Source: Saprospiraceae bacterium (lineage in GTDB: Bacteria; Bacteroidota; Bacteroidia; Chitinophagales; Saprospiraceae). Taken from it: a DNA stretch of 64,000 bases. Under the pieces are notes generated by a model. The model saw only the letters and a list, made by a program, of their open reading frames with translations, searched no databases and was not told the origin of the DNA. Numbering within the stretch: the first letter of the stretch is position 1; each line of letters begins with the position of its first letter. The position numbers and the translations under genes are program-made. The stretch covers positions 8,164 to 72,163 of the forward strand of contig JAHQWA010000396.1 in NCBI GenBank assembly GCA_019634045.1. The letters run 5' to 3'. Below are positions 58,240 to 64,000 of this stretch, piece by piece.

Positions 58240-59433
58240 ATGAAAAGAAGAAGCTTTTTGCAGAAATCTGCCATGGCCTCGACCTCCATATTTGTTCCCG
58301 CATTTCTCAAGGCATATCAGCCAGAGCATTTATTCAATAGCCGCTCTGGCAAAATCTTAGTCATTGTACAGCTATCTGGTGGCAATGATGGACTCAATAC
58401 AGTCATTCCTTATAGAAATGACATCTATTATCAGCAACGTCCTACCCTAGCTGTACAAAAAAATGAAGTGTTGCAGGTTTCAGATCAATTAGGGTTAAAC
58501 CCGGTATTGAGTCCTCTCCAATCTTTATACGATGATGGATTAATGAGCGTTATCAACAATGTGGGATATCCCAATCCAGACCGCTCCCATTTCAGGTCTA
58601 TGGATATTTGGCATACTGCCAGTGAAAGTGACGAATACCTAAGCACCGGTTGGTTGGGCCGATATCTTGACAGTAGTTGCCAAGGGTGTCAAGCAGCACA
58701 CCACGCTTTGGAAGTAGATGATGAACTTAGTTTGGCATTGAAGGGGCAACAAAACAAAGGTTTTGCCATGAGTAATCCGGAGCAACTCAAGAGACAAACG
58801 AACAATCCTCTTCTCAAACACTTGGCTGAGCAACCCCATCAGGATCACGAAGAAAATGTAGCCTACCTCTATAAGATATTAGCGGATACTTACAGTTCAG
58901 CTGACTACCTATCTGAAAAAGCCAAAACTTACCGCTCCAGCGTGAGTTATCCGGTCTCTGCTTTCGGAAAGCGACTCAAGCAGGTAGCAGAGTTGATCAG
59001 TGCCGATACGGATACCCGGATATATTATGTAAGCCTATCCGGTTTTGACACCCATGTCAATCAAAAGAACCAGCAAGAACGATTGTTGAAGCAGTACGCG
59101 GAAGGAATGAAAGCCTTTGTGAAAGACCTCAAGCAAAATAAGTTACTTGACGACACTTTGATTATGACTTTCTCCGAATTTGGCAGAAGAGTAAAACAAA
59201 ATGCTAGTCGGGGAACCGATCATGGTACGGCTAATAATCTTTTCCTGATTGGTGGAAAATTGAAACGACCTGGTTTCTATAACGAAGGACCGGATCTTAG
59301 CAAACTGGATAAGGGAGATTTGATATACAAGGTAGATTTCCGAGATGTTTATGCTACTATATTAGATAATTGGTTGGAAGGAAGTTCGCAGCAGATTTTG
59401 AATAAGTCTTTTCGAGGGCTCAACTTTATATAG
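58240..59433 (+). CDS. DUF1501-family protein with a twin-arginine signal
   Basis: MKRRSFLQKSAMA is a Tat motif. SGGNDGLN, GFDTH and SEFGRR…GTDHG are typical of DUF1501, which has a sulfatase/phosphatase-like fold. Confidence 0.8.
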   Translation: MKRRSFLQKSAMASTSIFVPAFLKAYQPEHLFNSRSGKILVIVQLSGGNDGLNTVIPYRNDIYYQQRPTLAVQKNEVLQVSDQLGLNPVLSPLQSLYDDGLMSVINNVGYPNPDRSHFRSMDIWHTASESDEYLSTGWLGRYLDSSCQGCQAAHHALEVDDELSLALKGQQNKGFAMSNPEQLKRQTNNPLLKHLAEQPHQDHEENVAYLYKILADTYSSADYLSEKAKTYRSSVSYPVSAFGKRLKQVAELISADTDTRIYYVSLSGFDTHVNQKNQQERLLKQYAEGMKAFVKDLKQNKLLDDTLIMTFSEFGRRVKQNASRGTDHGTANNLFLIGGKLKRPGFYNEGPDLSKLDKGDLIYKVDFRDVYATILDNWLEGSSQQILNKSFRGLNFI

Positions 59434-59444
59434 TTAGAACTGAC

Positions 59445-60149
59445 TTAATCAGCATAGGAGTATACTTGAGCTGGGGGTTTACAGAAATCTTCCAGTTCAA
59501 GTAGATTTCCATTAAATACATTGAAATCAACGTAGCCATCAATTCCCTCGATCATGCCCTTGTTTCCATATTGCCAGAAGTCCCACTGACGTCCTCCCGC
59601 TAAGCGAGGTTCACGAGTGTTATATCGGGCGATCCAAACGGGATAATCATCAAAATGACCAGCTAAGTATCGATTGTAAAACTTGATATTGGTATATAGT
59701 ATCGGCTTGATATCATATCGACTCTCCACTATGATCATCCAGGTGCGCACCGCATCTACCAATCTTCTTTTGGAAACATCATCCCTAACTTCAACATCCA
59801 AGACCGGTGGGAGATCCCCGTCTTTCATTTGAACCTGTTGAATAAAATTTTGTGCTTGTGCGACCGGAGAAGTTTGGGGTCGAAAGAAGTGATAGGCTCC
59901 ACGCTTAATTCCCACTCTTTCCATCTCTCCCCAATTTCGGCAGAAAAGGGTATCAACATGCGTAGCTCCCTCAGTAGCCTTCACAAAACCGAATGCCACC
60001 GCTTGGCCAGCGATCGTATCCCAGTCAATCTTTGCTTGATAATGAGAAACATCAATGCCATGCACCTCAAATTCATCCATCTGTACGGTTTCGTACTGAC
60101 AGGAGGTTACTGAAACCATCAGGGCGAGTATGGAAATGAAGTAACGCAT
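59445..60149 (-). CDS. Glycoside hydrolase family 25 lysozyme (muramidase), lipoprotein
   Basis: GIDVSHYQAKIDWD, FGFVKATEG and RGAYHFF are GH25 motifs. The ATG at 60149 gives MRYFISILALMVSVTSC, a lipoprotein signal. Confidence 0.8.
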   Translation of the reverse strand: MRYFISILALMVSVTSCQYETVQMDEFEVHGIDVSHYQAKIDWDTIAGQAVAFGFVKATEGATHVDTLFCRNWGEMERVGIKRGAYHFFRPQTSPVAQAQNFIQQVQMKDGDLPPVLDVEVRDDVSKRRLVDAVRTWMIIVESRYDIKPILYTNIKFYNRYLAGHFDDYPVWIARYNTREPRLAGGRQWDFWQYGNKGMIEGIDGYVDFNVFNGNLLELEDFCKPPAQVYSYAD

Positions 60150-60377
60150 GGCAATTTGAACCTGCTCAGCCGTGGCTGAAGTAAACGCTGTTTTTCTGTC
60201 CTTATAGAGTAGCTCGAAAATAGACAAGCTATCTATATGTATTTTAACGATAAATTTGTCAAAAAAGATGTTCTATCCTATGGGAAATTTGCAGTTTAAT
60301 GTTTTTATAACATTTAGCTTGCGTCAAATTTGGAATAAAATGTCCCATTGCTTACCTTTTTCAGAATATTGTACCGA

Positions 60378-61685
60378 ATGGATAATAAACCTCGTACTCC
60401 TCTCCCAAATTGGGTGCAAGAACAACAGCACCAGAGCTGGCAAATTGAAATCTTGATTGCCAGTGGACTGATCTTTTTCTTAACGAATATTCCACAATAC
60501 TTGGGGGACTGGTTTGCCGACTATGAACAGGCAACGACCGTTGGTGCCGAAAGTGTGATCTTGGTTATTGGAGCGCTATATTTCTCTCGCGTTTTACTCA
60601 TTGGTTTTGTTATTAACCTCTCCCTTAGAGCACTGTGGCTTGCCTACCTAGGTATCAATTTTGTATACCCTAATGATATCAACTATAAGCAACTTAATTA
60701 CTCCGATTTTTTCAAGGAGAAAATGGAGAAAAGATCGGATTCTGTTGAACGAATAATTCAGTTGGAGCACCTGAGTAGTCTTGCCTATTCCATAACGGTC
60801 ATGCTCACCGTGATGGCCTTTGGGATCTTTCTTCTTCTATCTGTCTTTTTTTCAATTTTGCGCAGGATTGCACCTCAACTGTATGACTCACAAGATTTCG
60901 GAGTAGTCATCATGGTCTTCTTCATGCTGTTTTCTTTGGGTTTACTAGATTTCCTATTCTTTAGGGCATTCAAAAGATCCAAAAGAATGAGTAGATGGTA
61001 TTATCCCATCTATAGCTTTTACAGCTTCGTGAGTTTATCCTTTCTTTTCAAGAGAGAATGGTTGGTGTTGATTTCAAATGGAAAACGATGGATAATCTAT
61101 CCTGTTTTTATTTTCTTTTTTGTTATTGCCTTCTTCATGACCGCAGATGATGTGGATCGTTACGTAGGAGATTTTGAAGATTTCACCCTCAATCTTTATG
61201 AGACTAGAGAATTCTTGGATATCCCAACCTATAATGGGATTAGAAGCAATCAATACAATAATTTACTTAGACCCGATGAAAAGATAGAGACTTGGTGTAT
61301 TAGTAGCGATGTAATACGGGAAAAGAGTACCTGGGTTTTTGTCGTGTACAATAAGTCGATGGATAACACCTTGGAGAGAGTAATGGAGGGATACGATTTT
61401 CAGAAGGGCAACTTTCGTAGTCGCGAAGAGGTATTTGCTAACGATCGTAAATTTTCAGCCTCTATTTCTGAGTTTTTAAGTCTTAAGATTGATAGTACAG
61501 CCATAACGGGGAATGCATGGTTTTACCATAAACATCCAGTGACCGGTGAAAAAGGGTTTAAAACCTATATTGCTTTAGATAGTGTTTCTCCTGGCCATCA
61601 CTTAATCCACCTGGATAGGTTAAATTTTGTGAAAGATACAAGTTTTTTCACCCCACTTAGGAGTGCCGCCTTCTTCAAAGAATAG
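60378..61685 (+). CDS. Hypothetical polytopic membrane protein with a soluble C-terminal domain
   Basis: About 6 hydrophobic helices occupy the first 270 aa. A roughly 170-aa hydrophilic C-terminal part follows. I recognise no motif. Confidence 0.5.
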   Translation: MDNKPRTPLPNWVQEQQHQSWQIEILIASGLIFFLTNIPQYLGDWFADYEQATTVGAESVILVIGALYFSRVLLIGFVINLSLRALWLAYLGINFVYPNDINYKQLNYSDFFKEKMEKRSDSVERIIQLEHLSSLAYSITVMLTVMAFGIFLLLSVFFSILRRIAPQLYDSQDFGVVIMVFFMLFSLGLLDFLFFRAFKRSKRMSRWYYPIYSFYSFVSLSFLFKREWLVLISNGKRWIIYPVFIFFFVIAFFMTADDVDRYVGDFEDFTLNLYETREFLDIPTYNGIRSNQYNNLLRPDEKIETWCISSDVIREKSTWVFVVYNKSMDNTLERVMEGYDFQKGNFRSREEVFANDRKFSASISEFLSLKIDSTAITGNAWFYHKHPVTGEKGFKTYIALDSVSPGHHLIHLDRLNFVKDTSFFTPLRSAAFFKE

Positions 61686-61723
61686 CCGCAAAAATCCTTA
61701 CCTTCGAGCAAAAATAGCGCATT

Positions 61724-62917
61724 ATGCTCACCCAGCGTCAGCTTTTTCTACAACGCTTAGCTCCTACTAGTCCCGGACCATTGTTATTGGAAATAGAAAG
61801 AGGAGAAGGGGTCTATTTATACGATAAAGATGGAAAACCTTATTTAGATCTAATTGCTGGAATTGGTGTAAGTAGCCTGGGACACTGCCATCCAAAGGTA
61901 ACCGAAGCGGTGAAGTTACAAACCGATCGGTATTTACATACTATGGTCTATGGTGAATATGTGCTGAGTCCACAAGTACAGTTGGCAGATCTGATGGCTC
62001 AAAACTTACCCGATTCCTTGGACAGTGTATATTTCGTCAATTCTGGTACGGAGGCTACCGAGGGAGCCATGAAACTAGCCAAGCGTTATACTGGAAGAAC
62101 GGAAATAATTGCAGCAAAAAATGCCTATCATGGTAGTAGCCAAGGTGCTGCCAGCTTGATGAGTCCCACCACCTTTACACAAGCCTTCTATCCATTGCTT
62201 CCAGATATTAAACATATTTCCTTCAACTGTGAGACTTGTCTACTGAATATTACGGAAAAGACAGCTTGTGTTATTGTTGAAACCGTACAGGGAGAAGCTG
62301 GAGTCTACCCGCCTTTACCCAATTATTTGAGCCAGTTGAGAAAACGTTGTACAGAAGTTGGGGCATTATTGGTTTTTGACGAAATACAAGCCGGCTATGG
62401 TCGTACAGGAAGCCTTTGGGCATTCGAACAGCAAAATGCCATTCCAGATATTCTCCTATTGGCTAAAGGTATGGGAGGAGGTATGCCAATCGGTGCTTTT
62501 GTTTCATCCCAAGAAATCATGAAAGTACTTTCTCACAACCCGATACTAGGGCATATTACCACTTTTGGTGGACACCCAGTTAGTTGTGCGGCGGGATTAG
62601 CCACCTTGCAAACTATACTTACCGGCACTTATATAGATCAAGTTAAACGGAAGGAAGCCTTATTCTTATCTCTGTTGCAACATTCAGAAATAATCGCCGT
62701 TCGATCAGCTGGGCTTTGGTTAGCTGTAGAGCTGCGCGATTTTGATTTTCTTCAAAAGGTTATCCAGTATTGTTTGGCAGCAGGATTGATTACAGATTGG
62801 TTTCTATTTAATAATCGATCACTGAGGATTGCCCCGCCGCTAATTATCGAAGAAGATCAAATTAAATGGGCTTGTGGAGTAATTCTGGAAGCTATTGATA
62901 AAGCAAAGGCGACCTAA
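61724..62917 (+). CDS. Class-III (acetylornithine/GABA-type) PLP aminotransferase
   Basis: Supporting motifs are NSGTEATEGAMKLAK, DEIQAGYGRTG, and LLAKGMGGGMPIGA, which carries the PLP-binding Lys. Confidence 0.85.
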   Translation: MLTQRQLFLQRLAPTSPGPLLLEIERGEGVYLYDKDGKPYLDLIAGIGVSSLGHCHPKVTEAVKLQTDRYLHTMVYGEYVLSPQVQLADLMAQNLPDSLDSVYFVNSGTEATEGAMKLAKRYTGRTEIIAAKNAYHGSSQGAASLMSPTTFTQAFYPLLPDIKHISFNCETCLLNITEKTACVIVETVQGEAGVYPPLPNYLSQLRKRCTEVGALLVFDEIQAGYGRTGSLWAFEQQNAIPDILLLAKGMGGGMPIGAFVSSQEIMKVLSHNPILGHITTFGGHPVSCAAGLATLQTILTGTYIDQVKRKEALFLSLLQHSEIIAVRSAGLWLAVELRDFDFLQKVIQYCLAAGLITDWFLFNNRSLRIAPPLIIEEDQIKWACGVILEAIDKAKAT

Positions 62918-63127
62918 ATAGTCTTGAAATAGTCAGTGGAGCGCTTAGGGTGGTATACTTATCCATAAGGCCTTAAAATTTTATTAGATTTGTTAATCAT
63001 ACGAAGACGACTTTTCCTACTACTTTGGTCTCAGCGCTGAACAAAACCAACATACATCTGCTTACGACTTAGCGCCTGAAACTTTGCCCACCAAAGCGAG
63101 ATAGGAGCAGATAATAACCCAAGTGTA

Positions 63128-64000
63128 ATGAAGATCCCATTTTACATAATAGTAGCCCTACTTACTATATCTACCTTTGCACAAGCTCAAGAATCAGCGC
63201 TAGATTCAATTCGCAGAAGTAAGAAATATGGGATTCCTATCATTAGTTATTCTCCTGAAACTTCCCTCAGATTCGGCCTTGTGGGCATCTATCTATTCCG
63301 CGCCAATAATAAGAACTTAAATACCCAACTTTCCTCTCTTCGGACACCGATTACCTTTACCATAAATCAACAAATCAAACTGGCGCTCTCCTATGATATT
63401 TTTCTAAACGATAACAAACATATTTTCACTGGAGAATTTGAATGGTTTCGCTTCCCGCTTTCTTACTGGGGAATTGGCTCTAATACAGCGGATGAAGCAG
63501 AGGAATTATTCACCACAGAGACCGGCAATATCAAGATCACCTATTATTGTCTACTAAAGAATAACCTATATGCTGGTGCAATCTTGAATTGGAATAATAG
63601 TCTGATCACAGAAAAAGATCCAGAAGGTTTATTAGCTGATGATGGGCCTGCTTTAGGAAATAACGGCGGAAAATCAGCTGGACTAGGAGTAGGCTTTCGA
63701 TACGATAACCGAGACAATTACCTCAATGCATCCACAGGCCCCTTCCTCGAAGCCAGTATCGTATATAATCGTCAGGGTTTTAGTGGCGATTTCGATTATA
63801 CCAAGTTATTGGTCGATGGTCGGCATTATTTCAAAGTGAATGGTGGGCATATCCTAGCCTTTCAAGCCTTAACCGAGCACAACTGGGGAAATCCGCCCTT
63901 CGAACAACTGGCACTTCTCGGTGGAAGAACAATCATGCGGGGACATTACCTTGGACGATTTAGAGATAATGTACTCAGCGCGGTACAAGGTGAATATCGA
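63128..64000 (+). CDS. Omp85/BamA-like outer-membrane protein, 3'-truncated by the window edge
   Basis: My hand translation has the signal peptide MKIPFYIIVALLTISTFAQA/QES. Beta-barrel-like repeats follow, ending in LLGGRTIMRGHYLGRFRDNVLSAVQGEYR. The frame runs off the window and is absent from the ORF track. Confidence 0.6.
   Translation, partial: MKIPFYIIVALLTISTFAQAQESALDSIRRSKKYGIPIISYSPETSLRFGLVGIYLFRANNKNLNTQLSSLRTPITFTINQQIKLALSYDIFLNDNKHIFTGEFEWFRFPLSYWGIGSNTADEAEELFTTETGNIKITYYCLLKNNLYAGAILNWNNSLITEKDPEGLLADDGPALGNNGGKSAGLGVGFRYDNRDNYLNASTGPFLEASIVYNRQGFSGDFDYTKLLVDGRHYFKVNGGHILAFQALTEHNWGNPPFEQLALLGGRTIMRGHYLGRFRDNVLSAVQGEYR

Overview
This is a 64-kb chromosomal segment that looks like Bacteroidota. 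The sequence shows four ORFs ending in T9SS type-A C-terminal sorting domains, signal peptides mostly followed by Gln, TAnnTTTG-type -7 boxes, a PadR gene paired with a permease-prefix FtsX-like permease, and sigma-54. I can support about 47 protein-coding genes, one tRNA-Asn(GTT), one pseudogene with three lesions, two unannotated small ORFs, one short inverted-repeat element, and about a dozen stem-loop terminators. Housekeeping genes (rpoN, M24B aminopeptidase P, rlmN, thrS, thiL, a class-III aminotransferase) sit among envelope, secreted, transport and regulatory genes: Fur-family, AraC-family, a LytTR two-component pair, Nramp, MFS, MMPL/RND, LysE, and a 1782-aa HYR/dockerin/cohesin-like T9SS protein. 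I found no rRNA, CRISPR array, transposase, integrase, prophage module or recognisable defence gene, so I cannot point to a convincing self-contained novel system. The best leads are below, and all need database or experimental checks. (1) A tandem pair, one copy decayed, encodes a 4-Cys N-terminal module, a hydrophobic segment, a CarboxypepD_reg-like domain and a T9SS CTD, next to a glutaminyl-cyclase-like M28 gene. (2) A VIT-vWA gene is tightly followed by an uncharacterised secreted protein with a His/Cys spacing like clan-CD peptidases, and faces an orphan 252-aa ORF. (3) An unannotated 51-codon Lys/Cys-rich ORF converges on the Fur-family gene. (4) A 13-bp inverted repeat with flanking 8-bp direct repeats looks MITE-like. 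(5) A 26-bp direct repeat lies in the padR promoter region. Several start codons are my own choices and are uncertain.
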